Assembly: GCA_030704615.1 (NCBI GenBank)
Contig: CM060731.1
Location: forward strand, 558,001-622,000
Reading direction: 5' to 3'
Length of the DNA: 64,000 nucleotides
Source of the DNA: Takakia lepidozioides
Lineage: Eukaryota > Plantae > Bryophyta
Part shown: one piece after another, positions 13,101-25,100 of the stretch
Layout of the letters: every line of letters begins with the position of its first letter
Numbering within the stretch: position 1 is the stretch's first letter
The notes under the pieces: model-generated
Databases searched by the model: none
What the model was told of the DNA's origin: nothing
Seen by the model: the letters and a program-made list of their open reading frames with translations, nothing else
Program-made: the position numbers and the translations under genes

Positions 13101-16100
13101 TCAGAAAGGTCATTGGTTGAGGACCATGAAGGATTTGTGACACCTCAAAGTTTCTATCCTCAAGTTTCTTTACAATGTCAAGCAGTATGAGTTCCATGAG
13201 CCTTTTGTGCTGTCATTTTCTGTCTCAATGTTGGATAGCGTTTACTTGTCTTTCAGGTATTTTGCACTGGAGTACAAAATGGATAAGAAGGCCTCAGTAG
13301 TAATCAAAAGCGTGGTGAACATATTCTCGATTGCTGTGAGTACTTTGGGTCCTCTTTGGCAAGTATTCGGTGTGGGGACAGACGACAAATGCAAAATTCT
13401 GAAGACAACGGCAGTCTTGTCTTGACGTGTCAAGCTCAGTTTTTCAGCTGTGAATATCACTCTGTGAAGCTCTCATGTAGAGTTCTCTAAGTTTTTCAAG
13501 GTTTAAGTTTGATGAGTTATTTTGTAGTGTTTGAGTTTGTCTTACTGGTCCAGTAATGTGAATAGCAATTGGCAGGCTCTACTAATCAAGTATCGTGTGG
13601 CAGGTGACAATTGTGGTGGTGGCTGTGCCAGAGGGACTTCCACTGGCAGTGACTCTAACGTACTTTTCCTGATGAATTGTTACATCGAAATGTTTGGTGC
13701 CCAATGCAAGCTGTTACTCTTGTATTTTTTCATGTCTGTTGTGCATCATGTGCGAGAAAATTGCACTGCTATTACTGTGGTGAGAGCCCTGTTGAAAAAG
13801 CCATGCATGTAAAATAACTCCTGATTTACTGATTATTGTTACACCTTAATCAGGCTGGCATACTCAATGCGTAAAATGATGGTGGATAAGTCCTTGGTAC
13901 GTGAATTCACTTTTGATGTCGTGAGTATTGTTTTTGCTTTTTGTACGAATGAATAGAGATTTTAGTATTTCCTGTGAGAATGACACCATTTTATACTACT
14001 CAAGGATGTCAAGAGTCTAGGTTTTGATTACAAATGTCTTATTATGAGTTGCTTTACAGGTCCGCCATTTGGTGGCGTGTGAGACAATGGGTTCAGCGAC
14101 AGCAATTTGTAGTGACAAGACTGGTACACTTACAACAAATAAGGTGAGGAACCCACTTTGGCAGGATTGTTTATGGCAAGGTATTGCAGAGGGAATCTTT
14201 GACCTGCAGTTTTAATTCAGCTATTTGTACATATTGCTTTCAGTTTGCCGTCTCGTCATAATCGCAGATTAGTGAAACAGGGTTAGGTTTGCTGATAGTA
14301 TCTTTGGTCTCTAATCTAGTGTTTGTCTGTGTTGCAGATGTCTGTGACTAAGGCCTGGATGGCAGGCAATATGAGGGAGGCGAATGACACCCAGATGTTG
14401 CCCCATAATCTACACGAGTCTCTGAAACAAGCAATTTGTCTAAATAGCACTGGCTCTGTTGCTCCTTCTAAGGTAATTTGTGGTCTCTGTTTCTTATACG
14501 GACGTTATAAAGTACCATTTCATTTCTTGTACGTGACCAACTCATATTTGTAGTCATGCAATTTCTAAGTCAATTTTCACACCCTATGGATCGCGAGAAT
14601 CGGGAGAACCAACCTCGTGACGGTATGGTATTGTCCAGCTCTCACCAACTTCATTTTTGACCACGTCTCCATAGGGCAAGTCAAAGCCTTGGGCTAAATT
14701 CAATCCAGACATGAGGTCAGATATACCATCAAATAAGACAAAGCATACTTCTTTCTCTTGTGTCCTACATAAGATGACCTCAAAGGTAGGCATGACTGTC
14801 TTTTAGACTAGGTTATATGTAACAGAAATGAAATGGTGCTTTATAACGTCCGCGGAAAGCTCATAGAGCTTATGGGACAAAATGGAAGGAAGAACATGAG
14901 AGAAAATAGGAAAACCAGAGTCAGAGAAAAGAACTATTGTTCGAGTGATTGTCTAAGGGTGAATGCCTCGTGCAGGTAGGCTGCCAAACATTTCTGATCC
15001 TCATAGTGGAAGACTTCAGTGAGAGATTGGGTTCCACGGAATAGACAATGGAATCTCCCACGGATCTCATAGTATAGGGGGCAATAGAAGAAGAAGTGTT
15101 CTTCAGTTTCAATTTCCTGGTTGCGCCGGTGCAAGCAGGACATAGGCGGTCCTCCCGCTGCAGGTTTTCCCATCTGCCAGTCTCTATCCATAGGTTGTGG
15201 GAGCCCACCCTGAACCGCCCCAAAGCCCTCAGGAGAGATTGTACTCATAAGACGTTGTTTGCCGTAGCCTTGTGGCCATTGACCCCGCGCCCAGTTTGAG
15301 CGGGAACAAAAGGGACAGAACCTATCTCTGTCAGGGTCACACAAGCATCAATCTGCTGTGTGTGATTTGCCCAAAAACTAGGCCTCAGGAGGGCCTGGGC
15401 TTTTGGCTCAGCCTCGAGACTTTCAAAGTTGGTAAACAGGGGTACAGGCACAATTCCCTTAATAGATTTGAAGAGAGCGTCTCTTTGGTGAGAGAACCCC
15501 GGACAGTGTATCAGAAAATGAATACTGTCTTCAGATTGCCCACACAACGGGCAATTGCACTCTCCCTTTCCTCTCTGCTTCTGTTTACTGTTCAAAGGTA
15601 GGCTTCCTGCCCTGAGTTTAAATTTCAGTCTAGTGCCGAGAGTGGGTAGACCCTTGAGGTCATCCAAGATGTCCTCCCCCACGTCACAGACTGGAAACAA
15701 GTTCAGGGAAGTTTTCTGCCTAACTTCATTGCCCTCAGGAGAGAAGGAGATAAAGAGGCCGAAAGGTAATTGGGCCGCAAGATTCTATCATCCCGGAGAA
15801 CCAAAAATGTTTCTCGATCGAAATGGAGCTTTGTTGTGAGGTTGGGTAACTTCCAAGTTCTCCTGACATGTAACTCCATGAGCTCCTTTCTAATGAGTTG
15901 GTTGCGGTCATGCCTGGATGTGATTTCCACCTCTTCTGGGTTCACTGGCAAAAGTGAAGCTATAGAGAGTCCATGGCGTTCAAAAAAGGTATTCACACGG
16001 GCATACCAGGATTGTTTGAAGCCTGCATTTTTGAGTCTCATAGATGTTGTGAGGGCCCTGGCCACAAGCCCCTTGGGGGGAAGGCCTTGTAACCTATGCA

Positions 16101-19100
16101 GGAAAATTGTAAGCCGGAAGAGGGCCTCAGTTTGGAGTGGCACACAGGCAAATTCTGCATTCAATATGTGCGATGGAGTTGTGCCTCTGGCGCCAAGCAT
16201 TGCTTGGAGGAAAGATGACTGCAATGGTTCCAGATTGTTTTCCCACCAGGAAACTGGGACTGCAGGTGCCCAAAATTCACAACCAAAAGTGGCATTTGGG
16301 GTGACTACGCTATCAAACAGCCACTTCTTGGTCGGTGGGTGGCGCAGGTGTATCTGCTTGCATTTGGCCTGAAGGCGGATGGAGGCTGCCTTGTCTTTTG
16401 TCAATCTGTCCAGGCAGTGGCTGCAAAGTGGAATTTGGGGGAGTGGATAACCAGCCCCAGATATCGATAGAATTTGACTATTTAACAGAGAGAGTTGTGT
16501 TTTGCTACTGTGTTGGACTGAAGTGGCGCGTTGTGCTGGTGATTATAGGAGGGCAAGGGAGCTGCGATCACTGGCAGCCCGACAGAAGCAGCTGTTCTTT
16601 CCTGGGGCCTTTTGGTAAACTACAGTTGTTTTCCTGATTATTGCTGTGATAGGTGAAGAGCTACATTGAACTTCGCTTGAAGTTTATGTCCCATCATTGT
16701 TAAGGGAGACATTTTTGCTTGCTCCAGCCATTTCATTTGTCAACCCTCTCTTAAGCCATAGTAGGTGATTCTGCAACAAAAGTTTCGGCAATACAAATGA
16801 GCCTTGAAATTTGCCCATGACAGTGATATGTGTCCCACTGTAAAGGCGCCTTATTTGCCATAGTATACCGCAGTTGCCAAATTCCTCTCTATTCTTGTTT
16901 ATGTTTGTTTTTCGAAGGAAACAAGAGCCCCTCTGACTCTTAAGAAACAAAAATCATGAACGCCAAGAAATGTTGCCTGTGCTGTTTCTTCAGCTGTAGT
17001 CATGATTAGTAGCTTTCTGTCAAAGCATTGCATTTGTTGCAATTCAATGCTGTACTAGCTATAATAGGTTTTGCATTTGTTTCTGCTGTATTCAGCTTGG
17101 CATGGACTTCAAGGAGATAAGAAGGGAGACTCCAGTGCTACACGTGGAAATATTTAACTCTACAAAGAAACGTGCTGGAGTGGTGTATGAGGTGGACTTT
17201 TTCTCTACCATTTCATTTCATTTCTCTAACTCCTTTCTTGATTACATTACGAGGATCAGAAACACTTGGCAGCTTATCTGCATGAGGCCTTGGCCCTTAG
17301 GCAATCCCTTGAGTAGTAGTTGCTTCTGGGGCTGCTTTTGGCTGTGGTTTTGTCTCTTCTTTCCTGTTTTTTCCTTTTGTCCCATAAGCTCTTTGAGCTT
17401 TCCGCGGACATTATAAATTACCATTTCATTTCATTTCATTTCTCTGCGGCTTAGATGCACTGCAATGCAGTGATAGACATTCTGTCACCTAAAAGTGTTG
17501 TGGTGTTAATGAGTTTGTGGATGCACGTAGCAGCTCACAAATGGCGACGTGCAAGCTCATTGGAAGGGAGCCGCAGAGATTATTCTGGATCAAAGCACCC
17601 ACTGGATAGACTCTCAAGGGTCTGTTCAAATTTTGACATCAGAGAAGGTGATTTGTTGCTGTCTTTCTTTTGGTGTCAGGGTTCATTTGTGTTCACTCAT
17701 CTCTTTCATGAAATTGGAAATGTCTCCTTCCTAATCTTTGGATAGGTGCTCATTTCACACCTGACGTCTGTTTATGCTGGGCTATTTTTCCTGTATTTAT
17801 ATGTTTTGGTACATTGGGATTTTGTTGTAAAGTGCGTCTTCAGCCTCATGTAAAGATAGATGTAGCAGAGCGAGTTTTGATGCCCTCATCGAGAGAAGGG
17901 AGAAATTGAAAGAAGCAATCGCTTGAGTATCTAATCATTTTGATAATGCTATAACAGGTATCAGAAATGAAAAATGTTATTGAGGGAATGGCAGCTGGTT
18001 CATTGCGTTGTATAGCCTTCGCTTACCGGGCTATTGACAGAGCTACGGTCCCCCTCGACGAGGAAATGCGGGCTGAGTGGACAATTCCCGAGACGGGTCT
18101 CATTCTTATGGCAATTGCGGGTATAAAGGTACGATTGTTCATCCCTTATAAAGAGATGCATGTGGAAGAAAATCTTCATATCGATTGTGTCTTTGACTTA
18201 AATGTGGTTGAATGTGGGTGTATCGCCCCATAAAGCCCTCTCCTCTTGCTGGATTTAAACTTCCTTTCCTTGCCTTGCCTTTCCTGTAAAATACAGTCGT
18301 GAGTTTTGTCTGATGTCAATGTATTTATTCTCTTCATGCTAATCAGGGCATGAATGTGTTTTCAAGTGTGCTGCAACACCAATTGGGTGGAAATGAATGA
18401 GCCTTCTGCATTGGTGTTCTTTCAGATAGGTTACAATTTGGAAGGAATGTCCTCCAATCACAGAAACACCCATCCTCATCATCATACCCATGCTGTGAGG
18501 AAAAGATCCCAAACCTAAGTAGGTTCTAACAGTAATAAGGTTTGGAAACCTAAACCTTCCTCATGTTTCAGTGGTCACAGGGTGGAAGGTTCCATCCCTG
18601 TGGTAGTTTCTTCCTCCTCGTTATCCAGCTCACCCTCATTCCCCTTGCCTCAGCCCTCCTCAAGCTTAGTCTCTTTCTTTCAGAGTTCCTGATGCTCTAA
18701 GCCTTCACTTATAGAGACTACATGCTCAGATTAGTCTTTTTCATTAGATTGATGTCCTTAAGGCAGATTCTGTTTTCATTTCTTAGAGAAGTATGTAATT
18801 CAAGACCTTTTCCAATGATCCTGACTCTAAATGAGTTCTCTCATGAAGACTTGAAGTTCAAGGAAAGATCATACCTTCCAACTCCTGAATCATGGGGGGA
18901 TTTATCGAGACTAACTTCCATTAAGTGTCTTTGGTTGTATGTAGAGGTCTCGTTGTTTCTGCATTTGTACCTCTCACATGGACAAGATCGGTCTCGGTAT
19001 AGGGTTTTAGCTTCCCTCCCGCTTCCTTTGAAAACAGCAGGGGTCCTTGTGAAGTACATGAAAACCTACAAAAGTTCAACTACGTTGACGTTGGTGGAAG

Positions 19101-22100
19101 GTTTGGCGAGCCTTTCTTCAAAATTGTGCATGTACTGAATTGGAGTCTTTTATAGACAAAAGTTCATGGCATGTTTTTACAGCAGATCCATCAATTCTTT
19201 CCCATCCTATGCTGGTTGTACTGTTTGTGAGAAGTACAAACTTAGAATTTCAACACCAAAGAGCCTTTCTATTCTTCAAGAAAAAGGGTTGTCTACTTTT
19301 GTGGTTAAATAAGACCCTCTTCAGGACCCTCTTCAGGACCATCAAGAACATTGTCCCTGCACCTCTGTTCACCAACTTCAAAAATCTCAAGGCTGAGCCT
19401 GAAGCCCTGGCCCTGTTGGGGTCTAATTGCTGGGCAACTCACACACAGCAAGTTGATGCTTGTGTGAAGGTAGTATCTGTTCCCTTTTGTTCCGTCCAAA
19501 CTGGGCACAGGATGTATGGCCACAAGGCTTCGGCAAATAATGCCTAATGAGTACATTCTCTCTCTCTCGTTGTTTGCTTTCGTTGAGGGGCTACGGCAAA
19601 CAACATCCAATATATTCTCTTCCTCCAGGTTTTGTTGTGCCGGGCTTGTTTTCATCTTAACTGCTCTTCTTACCCTTCCTGTGGATATCTTTGTAACCTT
19701 TGGTTACCTCTGTATGAGTTGAGAGAGTTTACTAAACTGTCACATTGATCTATGTTTTTTTCCTGGATGTCAAAAAGGCTTATGACACAGTGTGGAGAGA
19801 TGGCCTATGGTTCCGCCTCTGGTCTTGTGGGATCAAGGGAAAGATGTGGAGAGTTGTCCACAACTTGTATGCTCACACCAAAAGCTGTGTCACTGTTAAC
19901 GGACAGAAGTCCAACTTCTTTGACATAGACCAAGGTGTAGCTCAAGGATGTACTCTCTCCCCTCTGCTCTTCAATGTTTTCATCAATCAACTCCTCGAGG
20001 ATGTGGAAAGTGAGGGATTTGGGTAAAGGGTGGGTGATACCACCATACCAGCCCTTATGTTTGCGGATGACTTCGCAGGCATAGGGGAGACTCCAACCAA
20101 TCTCCAGGAGTTGATTGATTGCGCGAAGAGATACTTTGATCTTTGGGGGCTAGAGGCTAATGTCAGCAAATGTGCAGTGGTAGCATTCAACGACAGAGGA
20201 GAGGGAGGAAGTGATCTTAAGTGGCAGTGGGGTAGCCAAGAGATCCCGGTCCTCCCTTCCTACACTTACCTGGGCATTGAGTTTTCCTCCAATTGTAATT
20301 GGGATGCACATATCCGGAAAGTTGTTCAAACTGGCAAGGGCAAAGCTCTGGGGCTCACTAAATTTTTCCACTGCAGAGGGTTCAACTCTGAGGTTAAGAA
20401 AACCATGCTTTGTCGCGTTATTAGACCTCCCTTGGAGTACGGATCTGCTATATGGGTTGATAACTCCAACCAGGCTAAGTCTCTAGAATCCATTCAAGTG
20501 GGGGTGCTTAAGGAGTGTATGTCAGTATGCTCCAAAACAGCCAATGTGGCTGTTCGGGGTGAGTTTGGCATTCCGTCCTTAAGCTCCCGACGAGATGAAT
20601 TCAAGGTCAGATGGTGGGGTCAGCTGCAACATATGCCCAACACCAGATATCCTAAGTTAATCGACTCTATATCTTGGAAACAGGACCGCCCTGTCAAACA
20701 GGCTAAGTCCTGGCAGAAGAGAGTAGAAGAGATTCTCAAGGACCTGGACCTGGATCCGCAAGTCTTGACCCTGCTGGATAAATCTGACTTAGAGGCTGTA
20801 GTGTCCTCAGCCATGTCTGTTGCCATGAGATTGTCTGATGAAAATGAAGTTAGGCAGAAAACTTCCCTGAACTTGTTTCCAGTCAGTGACATGGGGGAGG
20901 ACATCTTGGATGACCTCAAGGGTCTACCCACTCTCGGCACTAGACTGAAATTTAAACTCAGGGCAGGAAGCCTACCTTTGAACAGCAAACAGAAGCAGAG
21001 AGGAAAGGGAGAGTGCAATTGCCCGCTGTGTGGGCAATCTGAAGACAGTATTCACTTTCTGATACACTGTCCGGGGTTCTCTCACCAAAGAGATTCTCTC
21101 TTCAATTCTATCAAGGGAATTGTGCCCGTACCCCTGTTTAACAACTTCGAAAGTCTCGAGACTGAGCCAAAAGCCCAGGCCCTCCTGAGGCCTAGTTTTT
21201 GGGCAAATCACACACAGCAGATTGATGCTTGTGTGAAGGGATTTCTAGAGGATATCTGGAAAACCCGGATTAATTCTATATATGATGGTAAGTCACACTA
21301 CCAACGTCAGCCCCTGACAGAGGTAGGTTCTGTCCCTTTTGTTCCCGCTCAAACTGGGCGCGGGGTCAATGGCCACAAGGCTACGGCAAACAACGTCTTA
21401 TGAGTACAATATATAGGAAGAACTTAAAAATGTGTGACTGATTCAGTGTGTCACATTTTTTCTAGGGGGGAAACTGGTTGGATGTGGAACGACACTGTTC
21501 AGTCATTTGAGCTCTTGTACTTGTCTGTCGCAGGATCCTTGCAGACCAGGTGTACTTGAAGCTGTTCGCAAGTGTCAAGCAGCGGGTGTGAAGGTGTGTA
21601 TTGTGTGTGTGGTTCACTGTATAGCCAAGTGATTAGTTTGTGTTTCATTTACTTGCACACAGATCCCATTTTCAACTCCTTGCTTCTACCATGTTGTCAT
21701 CAGTTAGAGTTGTAAGTTAAAAACTTGGAAGTTGTCTTTCTGAAAAGAGAGTTCTTTTTGGAAATGTGTGAACTCTTTCTTTTTTAGAAACTATTGGGGT
21801 TGTGTTGCGCAGGTTCGCATGGTGACAGGTGACAACCTGTTTACAGCCAAGGCCATTGCTCAGGAGTGTGGGATTCTGACGACCAGGGGGTTGGCAATCG
21901 AGGGGAAAGAGTTCCGCACTTTCACTATGGAGCAGATGAACGAATTCTTGCCGAAGCTTGATGTAAGCTTGCAAAATTCTGAGAATTTTCATGATGGATT
22001 AAATCTGCAGTAAGGTAGTAAGTAGTTATTATTCATTTCCTCTGATATGTTTGAAGAGGTGATAGCTAAGTATTAGCAACCCAACTGATGAGTAGAGTTT

Positions 22101-25100
22101 CCCGCAATAGTAGCTGTTCTAGGAATGGAAGTTTTTCTTCTCTCTCATGTGTGACACAGCCACATACGTGATAAATTCTGGGAACTATGTAGGTTATGGC
22201 AAGGTCATCCCCTATGGACAAGCTCCTGTTGGTGAAATCTCTTAGGGAGAGGGGAGAAGTGGTAGCTGTGACAGGCGATGGAACAAATGATGCGCCTGCC
22301 CTTCATGAGGTTGTATTCTGAAACACTAGTTTTGATTTCTTCTGTGTTTCCAATCACACCAGAACATAAGTATGCTGTGGACTGGCATTGATTCAGTGAT
22401 CGCCTTTTGAAGTTTACAATCTTTTTCATCTATCATTTAGGGAAGAGAGGCATGTGGCATGGCAGGCAGACATTGGACTCTCGATGGGTATAGCAGGCAC
22501 AGAAGTTGCCAAGGAAAGTTCAGATATCATTATTCTGGATGATGATTTCACTTCAGTGGTTAAGGTAGGATTCTTTCATACACCTTACCATCACTTTGTG
22601 ACTCTGGCAGTGTCCTTTCTACTTGATGGAGACAAGATATTGATCTGCTTCATGCCAGTTCAAGGATCTTGTTGGTGTGGATGGTGATATCTGGGTTTTC
22701 GTAACCATTTGTCCCCTTGTCTGATTATCTTTCAGGTGGTGCGCTGGGGCCGGTCCGTCTTCGCCAATATTCAAAGGTTCATTCAGTTTCAGTTAACAGT
22801 GAATGTGGTAGCACTGGTAATCAACTTCGTGGCTGCCATTTCTACGGGAAATGTCCCTTTGACTGCAGTCCAGGTGTGTTTCTGACAAGTCTTGAATGAT
22901 GTCCACTTCTGAAAACCAGTTGGATGTATTGGATTACTAAAGCACCTCGGTCTAATTGACAATATGGCTTGATTGGAGATCCTTAGAGGTAGGATATAAT
23001 CTATATTTTGTTTCCTTATGCCTCTGATGTAGATGAAGTTGAAAAGCAAACTCTTTTCACCCTTTGTTGAGACTTAATGCTTTCGTCGCACTTGATTAAG
23101 TACTTCAGTTTTTCTTTGGCAGCTCTTGTGGGTGAATCTGATTATGGACACATTGGGAGCCCTTGCACTAGCAACTGAGCCGCCCACAGATGAACTTATG
23201 GAGAGGAAGCCAGTTGGCCGCAGGTATATGTGTAAGAGACTTGTAGCTATTTGTGTGTTGTCAAAGTCATATCTTGTTGGCTGCACTAAATTCTGCAGCA
23301 CCTAATGGGGTAAGGTGGGCGATAATGCAGGGAGCCTTTGATCACAAATATAATGTGGAGGAACATATTTGTACAAGTAAGCAGTCATAGTCTCTGACAT
23401 CCACATGTGTACTGCATTGTCTCTTCCCCCCACCCCAGACCCTTGCAGCCCTCCCTCCCCTCTCTCTATAAAGTACCATTCCATTCCATTCCCCTCTCTC
23501 TATGGGGACCTGATGGATGTCATCGAGTTTTCTTCTCACTGGCAGAGGCCTTAGTTATTGCCCCAGTGGATGTAGTAGAGTGAACTCACCATTGTTTGCT
23601 GTTTATTGATGTGGTTTTGTTTTGTTTTATTTTCTCCCATGGGTCATTGGGGTCCCCCTGTGTGTTGGAAACTAGACCTGCCCTCTACCTCCTAGAGATA
23701 TTGACAGATAGTTTCTAGCACAAGCAGCAGTACAGTAACTGACAGCCTAAACCAACCAAAGAGTTTAGCTAACAAGAATGCTCCTTACTGCAAAAGAAAA
23801 GATTTACAAAAGTAGATGCTGGACTTCTCCTCCTCCTCTCTCTGCAATCTACTAGGATAGCACATCCAAAATGCTAGAAGAAGTGCTGGGCATTGCCTCA
23901 GCCTTTCCCTTAAATCCTACATGGGTTCTCTAGAAACTTCTGGTGGAACCATGGGCTGGAACCTTCTGGTAGAACTATCCCTAGCCGCCAAAAACCCTAA
24001 CAGAACCCTAACTAAATCTGAGCTAACTTCTAACACTCCCACTCAGCGAGGATTGAGGCTTAACCCAATCAGTTCCATGCATCTAGAATGCTTTTCTTTG
24101 GATAGAGCTTTTGTGAGTGCATCAGCTGCCATGTCCTCAGTTCTACAGACCAACTCAATCTCCTAACCAATCATTTCTCTAGTGAAATGATGTTTGATAT
24201 CTATGTGCTTGGTCCGGGCATGATGAACAGGATTCTTGCTCAGCTCAATGCTGCTCCTGTTATCAGCATGCACTTTCGTTGGCTGTTCTTGACTGAAGCC
24301 AAGTTCACCAAGAAGCCTTCGAATCCAAATGGCTTCTTTAGCTGCATGAGTCAGAGCCATATACTCTGACTCAGTCGAGGATAGAGCAGTGGTCTGCTGT
24401 CTTTTGCTGCTCCAGCTCACAGCACCTCCACTCATTACAAAGCAGTAGGCAGATATGGATCTCCTCTCATCTGTGTCTCCTGCCCAATATGCATCACCGT
24501 ATCCTTCTAGTGATGCTCCAGTGTCCTGCTTGTTGTAAGTTAGACATGTATCCGCAGTCCCTTTCAAATATCTAATCACCCTCTTGAGTGCTTTCCAATG
24601 CTGAGGTCCTGGGTTGTGCATGAACTTACTGAGCACTCCCACTGCATAGGCAATGTCTGGCCTGGTGCCAATCATTGCATACATCAGAGATCCCATGGCT
24701 TGCTGATATGGAACCTTAGCCATTTCCTCAATCTCACTTGGAGATTTTGGCTCCATTTCCTTACTCAGCTTGCAGCCGGTTTCCAATGGTGTTGGTGCTG
24801 GTTTGCAGTCCTGCATACCGAACTTCGCAACAACATTCCTGACATACCTCTCTTGGCTCAACTTTATAGTTCTTGCCTTCCTGTCCCTCAGAATCTGAAT
24901 TCCAAGTAGGTAGTTCACGGCTCCAAGATCAACCATCTCAAAGGTTTCACTCAAATCATGCTTCTGTCTGCGCATGGTGTCCTTGTTGTCGCTGATCAGT
25001 AGCAGGTCATCCACATAAAGTGCTATTATCATGACACCTGATGTCATGTAGTAAATGCTCTGATCAGCTGTACTCCTTACAAAACCTTGGCCTGTCAAGT

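Noticed and set aside
14934-15344. 136-aa ORF as a novel gene
   Set aside because: It is a chimeric frame across the LINE B / LINE A junction.
18430-19300. Possible TE-derived coding fragment in an ACA intron
   Set aside because: No diagnostic motif in any frame I read.
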